Of a stretch of DNA of 54,787 nucleotides, positions 34,224 through 44,500 are shown piece by piece. The stretch comes from Actinomycetes bacterium (GTDB lineage: Bacteria; Actinomycetota; Actinomycetes; Propionibacteriales; Nocardioidaceae). Under the pieces are notes generated by a model. The model was not told the origin of the DNA. It worked only from the letters and a program-made list of their open reading frames with translations, and did no database searches. The first letter of the stretch is position 1, and the number at the start of each line of letters is the position of its first letter. The stretch is taken from the NCBI GenBank assembly GCA_030432975.1, contig JAUILS010000001.1, forward strand, positions 1-54,787, written 5' to 3'. The translations under genes and the position numbers were made by a program.

Positions 34224-36014
34224 GTGGAGGATCGCCGGGGCGTGGCGCGCCGCCGCCCGTCCGGCGGGCGCAGGGGCGTGCCCTCCTGGCTGCCGTGGCT
34301 GTGGTCCACGGTGCTCGCGGTGCTGCTGCTCGGCCCGGCGCTGGGCCGGGGCTACGTGCTGAGCTACGACATGGTGTGGGTGCCGGACCTGACGCTGCGG
34401 CCCGACTTCCTGGGGGTCGGCACCGCGCTGCCGAGGGCGGTGCCGTCCGACGCCGTCGTGGCGGTGATCGACCAGGTGGTGCCGGGCATGGTGCTGCAGA
34501 AGCTGGTGCTGCTCGGGACGCTGGTGCTGGCGGGGGCCGGAGCGGCGGCGCTGGCCCGCGGCCTCGTCGGCGTCCGGGCCGACGGGGAGGTGGCGGCCCT
34601 GGGTGCGCTCGGCGGCTGCGCCGCCGCGACGGCGTACGTGTGGAACCCGTTCGTCGTCGAGCGGCTCGTGCTGGGGCACTGGCCGCTGCTCGTCGGGTAC
34701 GCCGTCCTGCCGTGGGTGGCGCTGCTCGCCCGGCGCTGGCGCGACGAGGGACGGCTGCCGCTTCCACTGCTGGTGCTGCTCCCGCTCGGCAGCCTGAGCG
34801 CCGGGTCGGGCGTGGCGACGGCGCTGGTCGCGCTCGCCTTCGGGCTGTCCCGGCGGCGCCGGGCGTCCTGGGGACTGGCGGTGGCGCTGCTGGCCGCGAA
34901 CGCCCCGTGGGTGATGTCGGGACTGCTGCACCTGGAGTCGGCGCGCAGCGACCCCGCGGCGGCGACGCTGTTCGCCGGGCACGCGGAGGGCCTGCTGCCG
35001 GCGCCGCTGGCCTTCGCCTCCCTCGGCGGCATCTGGAACACCGAGGTGGTGCCGGTCTCGCGGACCGGGTGGCTGGCGGTGGCCGGCCTGGTCGGCGTGC
35101 TCGTGCTGGCGGGCCTCGGCGCCTCCCGGTGGTGGCGCTCGACCGGCCGGAGCGACCGCGCCGGGCTGATCGGGCTGTGGGTCGTCGGCTACGCCCTCGC
35201 CCTGCTGGGCTGGGCCGCACCCGACGCGGTGGGGTGGCTGGCGGCGGAGGTCCCGGGGGGCGGGCTGCTCCGCGACAGCACCCGCCTCCTCGGCCTGTGC
35301 GCGCTGCTGCCGGCCGTGCTGGTGGCCCACGGCGCCAGGGTGGTGCGGGACCGGGTGGCCGGGGCGCCGGGGCTGGTCATGGCGGTCTCGCTGCTGCTGG
35401 TCCCGGTCGCCACCATGCCGGACGCGGGCTGGGGCGTGACCGGCCGGCTGGACGCGGTGTCCTACCCCGCGGAGTACGCCGCCATGCGCGAGGCCGTCGG
35501 TCGGGGGCCCGGAGACGTGGTGCTGCTGCCCTTCACCAGCTATCGGGAGCCGGCGTGGAACGACGGCCGCAAGCTGCTCGACCCCGTCGGCCGGGCGCAG
35601 CGTCGTGACTACGTCGCCAACGACGCGCTGGTCGTCGACGACCTGGTGATCCCGGGGGAGGACCCACGGGCGCGTGCCGTCGCGGAGGCGCTCGCGCTGC
35701 CGGCGCCGGACCAGCGGGCGGAGCGGCTGCGCGAGCTCGGGATCGAGCTCACCGTGCGCGACGCCTCCGCGTCCGGCCCCGAGGTGGAGGTGGCCGGCGA
35801 GCCGGTGGCCAGCGTCGGCACGCTGCGGGTGGTGAGCCTCGGACCGGCGACCCCGCGGACCGTGCCGCTCGGCTGGACGGTGCTGATGGGGCTCGCCTGG
35901 CTGGCCTGGCTGCTGCCGGTCGCCGGCGCCGCCGCGGCCGCGCTGGCGCGGCGGCGGCGCGCTGCTCCGGGCGGCCACCCCGGAGGGTCGCACCGCGCCC
36001 ACCACGCGGGGTGA
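34224..36014 (+). CDS. Polytopic membrane protein, Rv0226c-like (candidate GT-C fold)
   Basis: GYVLSYDMV, PRAVPSD, YVWNPFVVERLVLGHW, GGIWN, LLRD resemble Rv0226c as recalled; -10 TACGGT 6 nt before GTG. Confidence 0.75.
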   Translation: MEDRRGVARRRPSGGRRGVPSWLPWLWSTVLAVLLLGPALGRGYVLSYDMVWVPDLTLRPDFLGVGTALPRAVPSDAVVAVIDQVVPGMVLQKLVLLGTLVLAGAGAAALARGLVGVRADGEVAALGALGGCAAATAYVWNPFVVERLVLGHWPLLVGYAVLPWVALLARRWRDEGRLPLPLLVLLPLGSLSAGSGVATALVALAFGLSRRRRASWGLAVALLAANAPWVMSGLLHLESARSDPAAATLFAGHAEGLLPAPLAFASLGGIWNTEVVPVSRTGWLAVAGLVGVLVLAGLGASRWWRSTGRSDRAGLIGLWVVGYALALLGWAAPDAVGWLAAEVPGGGLLRDSTRLLGLCALLPAVLVAHGARVVRDRVAGAPGLVMAVSLLLVPVATMPDAGWGVTGRLDAVSYPAEYAAMREAVGRGPGDVVLLPFTSYREPAWNDGRKLLDPVGRAQRRDYVANDALVVDDLVIPGEDPRARAVAEALALPAPDQRAERLRELGIELTVRDASASGPEVEVAGEPVASVGTLRVVSLGPATPRTVPLGWTVLMGLAWLAWLLPVAGAAAAALARRRRAAPGGHPGGSHRAHHAG

Positions 36015-36145
36015 GCGGACTGGTCTAGACCTGGCTGGGGCGCGCTCGCCGGGAGCGGACAGGAAACGCCGGGGACGGCGGCGCCGGCAGTTCTTGTTTC
36101 GATGCTACTTGCTGGTACATTTCCTCCGACTTCATGGGAGGATCC

Positions 36146-36310
36146 GTGCCTACTTTCTTGATCACCTTCGTCTCGGTGCTCGCCGGCGGCGCTGCCGCGG
36201 CCGCCACGCTCGTGGGTGTCGTCAACGCGCAGACCGGTCCGCCGGGAGACTCGCCGGCCACGGTCGGCAACGTGAGCATCGACGAGACCTCCTACGGCTC
36301 GACGCAGTGA
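36146..36310 (+). CDS. Small 54-aa membrane/secreted protein, DUF2613 (Rv0236A)-like; missing from the ORF track
   Basis: SD GGGAGG, GTG start; MPTFLITFVSVLAGGAAAAATLVGVVNAQTGPPGDSPATVGNVSIDETSYGSTQ has one hydrophobic helix and a C-terminal YG. Confidence 0.75.
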   Translation: MPTFLITFVSVLAGGAAAAATLVGVVNAQTGPPGDSPATVGNVSIDETSYGSTQ

Positions 36311-36387
36311 CCTCCTGACGCCTCACGTGGCGTCACCTCACCCCGCAGCGGCGGCCTCGCCCGACCGAGAGGCTGCCACCTGGCTGC

Positions 36388-37545
36388 CTACGCCTCGACC
36401 TCGTCGGGGTCCTGCGCCGCCACGACGCTGCCGTGGCAGGCCACGTCGAGCACCTGCGCGAACGACCCCTGCGCGTGGTCCCAGGTGAAGCGGTGGCTCA
36501 GCTCCCGGGCGCCCTCGCCGAGCTCGCGACGACGAACCTCGTCGGTCAGCAGTGACCGCAGTGCCGCCGTGAACTCCTCCTGCGTGTCCACCAGCAGCCC
36601 TGACTCGCCGTCCGCGATCGACTCGCGGGTGCCGCCCGCCGCCCGGTAGGCCACGGTCGGGGTGCCGTGCATCGCCGCCTCGCCGACGACGAGCCCCCAG
36701 CCCTCCTTGAGCGACGGCAGCGCCATCACCCACGACTCGGCGTAGATCCGGTCCTTCTCCTCCTCGCCGACGTGGCCGGTGAAGGTGAGCCCGTCGGTGC
36801 CGTGCGCCGCGGCGTACTGCTGGAGCGCGTCGGACCACCAGCCGGAGCCCACGATGGTCAGGGTGAGGTCGGGCATCTCCCTGCGCAGCTCGGCCCAGGC
36901 GTCGATCGCGTGCTCGACCTGCTTGTGCGGCACCAGCCTCCCGACCACACAGATCGACGGGTGCGCGGAGGGCCGCTCGCTGTCGTCGGCCACCGGGTCG
37001 GTGCCGTTGTGCACCACGGCGATGCGGGACCGGTCGACGCCGAGGCCCGCGAGCTCGTCGCGGGTGGCCTGGGACACCGCGACGTACTGGCAGTGGCGGT
37101 AGAGCCAGGGGGAGAACCGGCTCTCGATCCACCAGCCGACCCGGCCGACGAGCCCGGGGTAGACCACGGGCCACTGCTCGCGGTGGACGTGGTGGACCAG
37201 CAGCACCACCGGACTGCGGGTCACCAGCCGGGTGAAGAAGGGGAGACCATTCTGCACGTCGACCACCGCGTCCACGTGGCCGAAGCGCCGCAGCGCCAGG
37301 GCGAGCATGCCGTGGAGGTAGACACCCATCTTGGAGCCGCGGCGCACGAACCGGATCCCGTCGCGGGTCTCGCGGCCGGGAGCGGCGCCGTGGGCGGCGC
37401 AGAAGATGGTCACCTTCAGGCCCCGGGCAACCAGCCCGGCGGCGACCTTCTCGAGGTAGATCTCCGCGCCGCCGCCCTCGGGGTTGCGGGTGTCGCGCCA
37501 GCTGAAGAACACGACATGGCAGCCGACGAGGTCAGGGTGGAGCAT
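36388..37545 (-). CDS. GT4 family glycosyltransferase, Rv0225-like
   Basis: WRDTRNPEGGGAE, HHVHREQW, VGRLVPHK, KEGWGLVVGEA (EX7E). Confidence 0.9.
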   Translation of the reverse strand: MLHPDLVGCHVVFFSWRDTRNPEGGGAEIYLEKVAAGLVARGLKVTIFCAAHGAAPGRETRDGIRFVRRGSKMGVYLHGMLALALRRFGHVDAVVDVQNGLPFFTRLVTRSPVVLLVHHVHREQWPVVYPGLVGRVGWWIESRFSPWLYRHCQYVAVSQATRDELAGLGVDRSRIAVVHNGTDPVADDSERPSAHPSICVVGRLVPHKQVEHAIDAWAELRREMPDLTLTIVGSGWWSDALQQYAAAHGTDGLTFTGHVGEEEKDRIYAESWVMALPSLKEGWGLVVGEAAMHGTPTVAYRAAGGTRESIADGESGLLVDTQEEFTAALRSLLTDEVRRRELGEGARELSHRFTWDHAQGSFAQVLDVACHGSVVAAQDPDEVEA

Positions 37546-37582
37546 CGGCGTAGGTTACCCCCGAGTCGGATAAGGTCTGCGC

Positions 37583-38362
37583 GTGTTGCGGCGATCCGGC
37601 TCCCCGGCAGCGTGGCGGGCGACCCTGGGGCGGTCGGTCCGGCTCTTCCGCGACTTCCGCTACGAGCAGCCCGACCCGGCCCGGTTCTACACCGCGCTGG
37701 CCGAGGACTCGACGGCCATGCTCGGGACGTACGCCGACCTCGACGGCCGCACCGTGCTGGACGTGGGCGGCGGCCCCGGCTACTTCCGCGAGGCGTTCGA
37801 GCGGGCCGGGGCGACCTACGTCGCCCTCGACGCCGACGTCGGCGAGCTGGCCGGGGTGGGGGAGATCCACCCGCGCACCGTGATCGGCAGCGGGATGCGG
37901 CTGCCGTTCCGCGACGGTGCCGTCGACGTCACCTACTCCTCCAACGTGCTCGAGCACGTGCCCGACCCCTGGCAGATGGCCCGCGAGATGGTCCGGGTGA
38001 CCCGCCCGGGTGGGCTGGTGTTCGTCAGCTACACCGTCTGGTTCGGCCCCTGGGGCGGTCACGAGACCGCGCCCTGGCACTACGTCTCCGGTCGCTACGC
38101 CCGCCGGCGCTACCGCCGCAAGCACGGCCACGAGCCCAAGAACAGGTTCGGCGAGTCGCTGTTCGAGGTCACCGTCGGCGACGGGCTCCGCTTCGTCCGC
38201 GACCAGGCCGAGGCCGATGTGGTCGCGGTGTTCCCGCGCTACCACCCCGCCTGGGCCTACTGGCTGCTCCGGGTCCCGGTGCTCCGCGAGGTGCTCACCT
38301 GGAACCTGATGATCGTGCTGCGGCGACCCGACGACGGGTCCGCGCACCGGTCCGCGGCGTGA
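37583..38362 (+). CDS. Class I SAM methyltransferase, Rv0224c/MtrP-like
   Basis: FRYEQPDPARFY, LDVGGGPG, SSNVLEHV, GGHET, KNRFGESLF, REVLTWN. Confidence 0.88.
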   Translation: MLRRSGSPAAWRATLGRSVRLFRDFRYEQPDPARFYTALAEDSTAMLGTYADLDGRTVLDVGGGPGYFREAFERAGATYVALDADVGELAGVGEIHPRTVIGSGMRLPFRDGAVDVTYSSNVLEHVPDPWQMAREMVRVTRPGGLVFVSYTVWFGPWGGHETAPWHYVSGRYARRRYRRKHGHEPKNRFGESLFEVTVGDGLRFVRDQAEADVVAVFPRYHPAWAYWLLRVPVLREVLTWNLMIVLRRPDDGSAHRSAA

Positions 38363-40245
38363 GCCAGCAGGCGCCCGGCCGCCGGCAGCGCTGGGGTGCG
38401 GTGCTCCGCTCGCCCTGGACGGTGCTCGGCGTCGCCCTCGCCCTGGTCGGGGCCCAGCTCGGGCTGCGGGCCTGGGCGGTGGCGGGCGGCTGGTTCCTCG
38501 GGGAGGACCTGCTCGGGCTGGCCGACCTCACCGGCCCGGTGGCCGCCGCCGACCTGGTCGACGTACGCGCCGACCACCTGTCGCCCGTGGCCGGGCTGCT
38601 CACCTGGCTGCTGGCCGCCTCCACGCCCTACGACTGGGCGCTGGCGACGCTGCTGGTCGTCGGCCTGACGGCGCTCGCCGACCTGGCCGCCCTGGTGTTC
38701 GTGGTCCGCCTGGTCGGTCTGCGGTGGCTGGCGCTGGTGCCCCTCGGGTGGTACCTCCTGAGCGTCGTCACGCTGCCCGCCTCGATGTGGTGGTCCTCGG
38801 CGGTGATCCAGCTGCCGCTCCAGGCGGCGGTGTTCGGCGCGCTCACCTCGCACCTCGAGCACCTGCGGTCCGGGCGGCGGCGGTTCGCCCTGCTGGCGTG
38901 GCTCGCGCTGGCGGTCGGCATGGCGTGCGACGTCGGCATCGTCTACACCGTCGTGCCGCTGCTGTTCCTCTCGCTCTACTTCTCCGACGGGCGCGGGGTG
39001 CGCGGCCGGCTCGCCGGGCTCTGGCGGCAGCGCCTCGTGTGGGGTGGCTACGTCGTCCTGCTGGCGGGCTACGTCGCGGTCTACCTCCGGCTCCGACCGC
39101 CCGAGCAGGGGACCGAGGGCGACGCCGTCCGCACCGCGCTGCTGCTGGCACGCGAGTCGCTGCTGCCCGTGCTGGTCGGGGGGCCGTGGCGGTGGGGGCC
39201 GCCCGACCCGACCCCGCTGGTGCCCGCCGAGGCGCCCGCCGCCTGGGTGGCGGGCGCGATGGTGCTGGCGGCGCTCGGCGTGCTGCTGGCCTGGCGGCGC
39301 CGCCGGGCCACGGCCTGGGTGCTGGCCCCCGTCGGGCTGCTCGCCGGCGCCCATGCGGGGGTGCTCACGGCCACGCGGGGGGCGTTCCCCGCAGAGGTGC
39401 TCGCCCACGAGGTGCGCTACCTGGCGGTGCTCGCCCCGATGCTGGTCCTCGCTCTGGCCGTGCTCGTGGCGGGACCGGCGCCCGCCCGTCCCGAGCCGTG
39501 GGTGCCCAGACCCGTCCCGGCCGCAGGCGGGCCGGCCCCGGCCTGTCCCCGCTGGCGCCGCGCGGTCCCCGTCGTCGCCGGCGTCGCGGTGGTGGGTGGG
39601 TTCGTGGCCGGCTCACTCGTCTCGACCCTGGAGTACGCCGCCGCGTGGCACGGCGACTTCCCCACCCGGGTCTATGTTCGTCACGTGCAGGAGCAGTCGG
39701 TGGCCGCGCCGTTGCGCATCGTCGACCAGCCGGTGCCGCCCGCGGTGGTGCCGCCGCAGTGGGACGAGCCCGAGCGCACCCGCCCCTCCTGGGTGTTCCG
39801 GCCCCTCGGGGCCCGGGTGCTGGCGTCGCTCGAGGGCAACGACCTGCTGATGCTCGACGAGGAGGGCCTGGCCCGCCCCGCGGAGGTGCGCCCCCTGGTG
39901 GCGTCGGCCCCCGCTCCGGCCGACGGCTGCGGCTATCGCGTCGGCCCCGAGGAGGGCACGTCCGACGTCATCGTGCCGCTCGCGCCGGTGCCCGGCGAGG
40001 ACCCGGTGCCGGAGCTGTGGTGGGGCTCGGTGGGCTACCTCGCCAGTGCCGACGGCCGGATGGGCATCGCGGTCGGCGACGAGCTGCGGACGATCTCGGT
40101 GCGCCGCGGGCTGCACCGCTACGTCTGGCTCGGCCGGGGCACGCCCCAGGCGGCGGCCCGGCTGGTGTCGCTCTCCGACACCGAGGTCTGCGTCGACCAG
40201 GTCTCGGCCGGGTCGTTGGCGATCGACGAGGAAGAGGGCGGGTGA
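38359..40245 (+). CDS. 628-aa polytopic membrane protein with C-terminal extracellular domain (candidate GT-C-like transferase)
   Basis: GTGA overlaps at both ends; about 11-12 TM helices; acidic pair (GED) and HLSP after TM1; soluble C-terminus with two Cys. Confidence 0.7.
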   Translation: MSQQAPGRRQRWGAVLRSPWTVLGVALALVGAQLGLRAWAVAGGWFLGEDLLGLADLTGPVAAADLVDVRADHLSPVAGLLTWLLAASTPYDWALATLLVVGLTALADLAALVFVVRLVGLRWLALVPLGWYLLSVVTLPASMWWSSAVIQLPLQAAVFGALTSHLEHLRSGRRRFALLAWLALAVGMACDVGIVYTVVPLLFLSLYFSDGRGVRGRLAGLWRQRLVWGGYVVLLAGYVAVYLRLRPPEQGTEGDAVRTALLLARESLLPVLVGGPWRWGPPDPTPLVPAEAPAAWVAGAMVLAALGVLLAWRRRRATAWVLAPVGLLAGAHAGVLTATRGAFPAEVLAHEVRYLAVLAPMLVLALAVLVAGPAPARPEPWVPRPVPAAGGPAPACPRWRRAVPVVAGVAVVGGFVAGSLVSTLEYAAAWHGDFPTRVYVRHVQEQSVAAPLRIVDQPVPPAVVPPQWDEPERTRPSWVFRPLGARVLASLEGNDLLMLDEEGLARPAEVRPLVASAPAPADGCGYRVGPEEGTSDVIVPLAPVPGEDPVPELWWGSVGYLASADGRMGIAVGDELRTISVRRGLHRYVWLGRGTPQAAARLVSLSDTEVCVDQVSAGSLAIDEEEGG

Positions 40246-41510
40246 GCCCGCTGCGCTGGCCGCGGCGCGCCCGCCCCGCGGCGCCGCCCGAGCCCTACGT
40301 CCCCGCCGACACCGGCCGTCCCGCGTCGGCCGTGGTGCTGCCCGGGCTCGACACCGTGCGCGCCCTGGGCGCCTTCCTCGTGCTGGCGACCCACGTGGCC
40401 TTCTGGTCGGGCAACTACGGCTCGTCGCTGTGGGGCACCCTGCTGTCCCGCCTCGACGTCGGCGTCGCGCTCTTCTTCGTGCTGTCGGGCTTCCTGCTGT
40501 CGCGCCCCTATCTCGCCGCCGCGCGCACCGGTGGCCGCCGGCCGGGCACCCGCCACTACCTGTGGAAGCGCGTCCTGCGGATCATGCCGCCCTACTGGAT
40601 CGCCGTGGTGCCGGCGCTGGCCCTGCTCGCCGACAACGCCGGCGTCACGCCGCGCGACTGGCTGCGCACGCTCACCCTCACCGACATCTACCTCGCCGAC
40701 CGGATGCCGGCGGGCCTCACCCAGATGTGGAGCCTGGCCACCGAGCTGGCGTTCTACCTCTGCCTGCCGCTGCTGATGTGGGGCTGGAACGCCGTGACCC
40801 GCGGCCGGCGTCGCGACCTCACGGTGGTCGGGCTGGTGGGTCTGGCCGCCGCGCTGAGCGTGGGCTGGGTGCTGCTGGTGCCGACGGAGTGGGCCGCGCA
40901 GGCCCCGATGATCCTGCAGTGGCTGCCGACGTACCTCGTCTGGTTCGCGATCGGGATCGCGCTGTCCCACCTCCACGAGCATGTCGAGGCCGGCAGCGAC
41001 CCCGGACGCCGGCCGGTGCTCGACCGGGTGGTGGCGCTCGGCCGGCTGCCCGGCGTGTGCCTGCTGCTCGCCGCCGCCGTGATGCTCGTCGCCTCGACCC
41101 CGCTCGCCGGGCCGTCCCTGCTGTTGCCCGCGACGACCGGGCAGGTGGTCACCAAGACCATGCTCTACGCCGTGGTGGGCGGTCTCGTGGTGCTGCCGTC
41201 GGTGTTCCGCGCTCCCGGCGTCTATCGCACCGTGTCCGAGCACCGCGTGCTGCGACACCTCGGTCACATCTCCTACGGCGTGTTCTGCGTGCACGTGCTG
41301 GTGCTCCACCTGGTCACCCACGTGACGGGGTGGGAGCTCTTCCGCGGGCACGGGCTGGAGATGCTGGTGCTGACGTCGGTGATCAGCGTGGTCCTGGCCG
41401 AGGGGATCTACTGGCTGGTCGAGCGGCCGCTGTCGCGCTTCCGGACGCTGGGCCGGTCGAGGACCGCGGCGGTCGCGACGACGGCCAGCGGCACCAGCAT
41501 CAGCCACTGA
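40242..41510 (+). CDS. Acyltransferase family 3 (OafA/TmaT-like) membrane O-acyltransferase
   Basis: LDTVRA, FFVLSGFL, KRVLRIMP, WSLATELAFY, LGHISY, VERP. Confidence 0.92.
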   Translation: MSPLRWPRRARPAAPPEPYVPADTGRPASAVVLPGLDTVRALGAFLVLATHVAFWSGNYGSSLWGTLLSRLDVGVALFFVLSGFLLSRPYLAAARTGGRRPGTRHYLWKRVLRIMPPYWIAVVPALALLADNAGVTPRDWLRTLTLTDIYLADRMPAGLTQMWSLATELAFYLCLPLLMWGWNAVTRGRRRDLTVVGLVGLAAALSVGWVLLVPTEWAAQAPMILQWLPTYLVWFAIGIALSHLHEHVEAGSDPGRRPVLDRVVALGRLPGVCLLLAAAVMLVASTPLAGPSLLLPATTGQVVTKTMLYAVVGGLVVLPSVFRAPGVYRTVSEHRVLRHLGHISYGVFCVHVLVLHLVTHVTGWELFRGHGLEMLVLTSVISVVLAEGIYWLVERPLSRFRTLGRSRTAAVATTASGTSISH

Positions 41511-44500
41511 GCGACGGGGGAGCTGCCGGCCCAGCTCAGCGTGCCGCCCCAGGGGCGGACGGCGTACCACCCGCCGACGAGCAGCAGCGGCAGCAGCGCC
41601 ACGGCGGACGCGACGTCCCACCGGGAGCGCGCCGCCCAGAGCAGGCCGGCGGTCGCGAGCAGCACCACGGCCCCGACGGTGCCGGCGAGGACGCCACCGA
41701 CCGCCAGCCACCCGGCGGTCGCCACCGCCGGCGCCCAGCGGGAGGGGCCGAGCGGCGGGTGGTCGGTGCGTCCGGGACGCCGGAGGGTGACCACCAGCAG
41801 GAGCAGCGCCAGGGCCAGGGCCACCGCGCCCGCCACCAGCCCCTGGCGGTACGCCGTCTCCGGGGCGTAGTCGACCCGGACGGGCTCCGCCTCGGCGCCC
41901 AGCGCGAAGCCCTGCTGCCAGCCGTCGACGACCAGCGGCGACAGCGCTTCGTCGCCCGCCGACGCCTCCCAGCCCGGGTTGGCGTTGTGGCGCAGCACGA
42001 GGAAGCGCGCGTCGGGGCCGACGGGGAGCGTCCCGTCGGCGGCGGGGGTCACGGGGGCCGGTGGGTCGACGAGCGTGTCCGGCGAGCCCAGCCGGGTGAG
42101 GACGAGGGTCTGCGGCGAGAACGCCTCCGAGGCGCGCAGCCGCACCCGGTTGCGCCCCGCCTCCAGCCGCAGCGGCCCGGTGGCACAGGGGCGGGCGAGC
42201 ACGGGCCGCCCGCGGTGGACGTCCACCGGGGCCGCCACGACGGCGGTCCGCACCACGCGATGCACGTTGAGGCGCAGCTCGGGGCCGCTCCCGCAGCCGT
42301 AGTCGACCGGCTCGGTGCCGACGCCGACCGGCCCGACCGGCCGGCCGTTCAGCTCGATCTCGCTGACTCCGACGCCGAGGTTGGTGACGCTGCCGTCGAA
42401 GCCGATGCTGCGCACCTCGGTGGAACGGTCGACGGTGAGGGTGACCCGGTCGACGCGGACCGGGTCGAGCCTCCCCTCGCCGTCGGCGTCGAGCGACACC
42501 AGCTGGCTGCCGCCGGGGTAGTCGACCCGCACCGCCGTCGGTCGGCGCGCCGGCGCCTCGGGGTCCAGGGCCAGGGTGATCCGCGAGATCCGCCGCGGCT
42601 CGACCAGGGTGAGGTCCAGCGAGGGGGAGCCGTCGATGGGCGAGGACACCCAGGTGGTGGTCGGGTCGTCGTCGATCGTCGCGAGCGGGCCCGCCGCGGA
42701 GACGCTGGTGGTGGCGCTCGACGAGGCGGCGACGTCGACCAGCGAGTCGCGGGTGAGCAGCTCCTGGACCACCGACCCGGGCCGGGGGACGGCGCGGACG
42801 GCAAGGTCGTAGATCGCCGGCTGGGGGAGCGCCACGATCCGCCGCATGATCCCGCTGTCCTCGCCGATCGACTGCCGGCCGGGGGTGCACCGGAGGCCGC
42901 CGTCGATCGTCACGCAGCCGCTGCTGCCGTCGATCCCGTTGTCGAGGGAGACCACGTCCGGGGCCCCCCAGGCGGCGGGGACGGGAGGGGTGACCAGCCA
43001 GCGACGCACCGGGACGCCGGCCAGGTGCACCTCCGCCAGCGACAGCTCCCTCCCCGGCTGGCCGGACGACTCGCGCACCTCGACCCAGGACGTGGTGCCC
43101 GCCGGCAGGTCGAGGGTCAACCGGTCGCCGGGCTCGACGAACGTCGGCTCGGTGCTGCCCTGCTGGGTGCGCACCTCGAGCTCGGAGGTGGTCGACGGCT
43201 CCGGGCCGACCGTCAGCTCCAGCTCACCCACGTCGGTGGGGCGCTTGAGCTCGATGCGCAGCCATGGGGTGCCGCCCCTGCCGGGGTCGGAGATCCAGGC
43301 GGAGTCGGGGTCGCCGTCGAAGGCGGCGTACGGTCCGGCGGTGACGCGGCGGTTCGCGACACCGCGCGAGAGCGCCAGCGACGAGCTGGCCCTCACCCCG
43401 GCCACTCCCTCGACCCGGGCGCGGGTGCGCCAGGCGCCGTCGTCGTCGGTGAGCCGGTAGTCGCGCACGGGGGACAGCGAGGCCGTCTCGGCGTCGGTCA
43501 GGGTCGGGGTGACCGCATCGTGCAGCCGGCCGAAGACCCGGTCGCGGCGACGCAGCCCGTCGGTGAGCACCACCGGTGCCTCCGGGTCGGTGGTCGGGTC
43601 GGTGTCGACACCGAGCCGGACCGGCTGGTCGTCGAGGACGCCCTGCTCGCTGAGAGTGAGCAGGTCCTCCGGGCCGCCGACCACGACCGGCAGCCCCTCG
43701 GCCGTGGAGACGGCCGCCTCCGGGGCCACCTCGAAGACCTCGACCGCGGCGTACTGGTCCTGCCAGCCGTGGGCGACCACGGCCTCCTGGTCGCCGAAGT
43801 CCAGCCGGGCCTCGCCGCCCACCAGCGGCCCGAAGGCGGTGCGGAACGAGATCCCCGGAGATGTCGCGACCGCCTGGTGCACCAGCGTCGGGTCGATCAC
43901 GTCGGTGGACCGGTCGAGGTCGTTGCGCAGCACCAGCCAGCGGACCCCCATCCGTCGGAGGTACGCCGTCAGCGCGGCCGAGCCCTCGCCGCGCTGGAGA
44001 CGCTCCTCGACCGCGTCGAGCGCCCGGATGGTGCCCCCCGGCGTCAGCGGGATGGCGTTGCGCACCGCCCAGGGGGAGAGCGCCAGGGGCTGCAGCGGCT
44101 CGTCCTGGGTGTTGCCCCAGGTGTAGTCGCCGAAGGACGAGCCCGGCACCAGGAGCGCGCGGCCGCCGGCGTCGGCCCCGACGTCGGACTCCTGGCCGGG
44201 ACCGTCGGAGCCGGGCTGTTGGTCGGCCAGCCAGGCGGCGGTCTCCTGCCAGTAGTCCGGGATGCCGTCGAAGCTCTCCGCGGGCATCAGCCGGCCCACC
44301 GCGAGCGGCAGCGCGGCGCCGGTCACGGCGACGACCGCGAGCCAGGCGGGCCCGAGCCGCGAGAGCGACTCCCACCGCGACGGACGGGAGGGCGGCTCGG
44401 CCCGGCGGCGGTGCCAGTCCTCCATGACCACGGCCACCAGGTGGCCGAGACCGAGCACCAGCGGCAGTCGCACCACGGGGTCGAACTTGTGCACGTTGCG

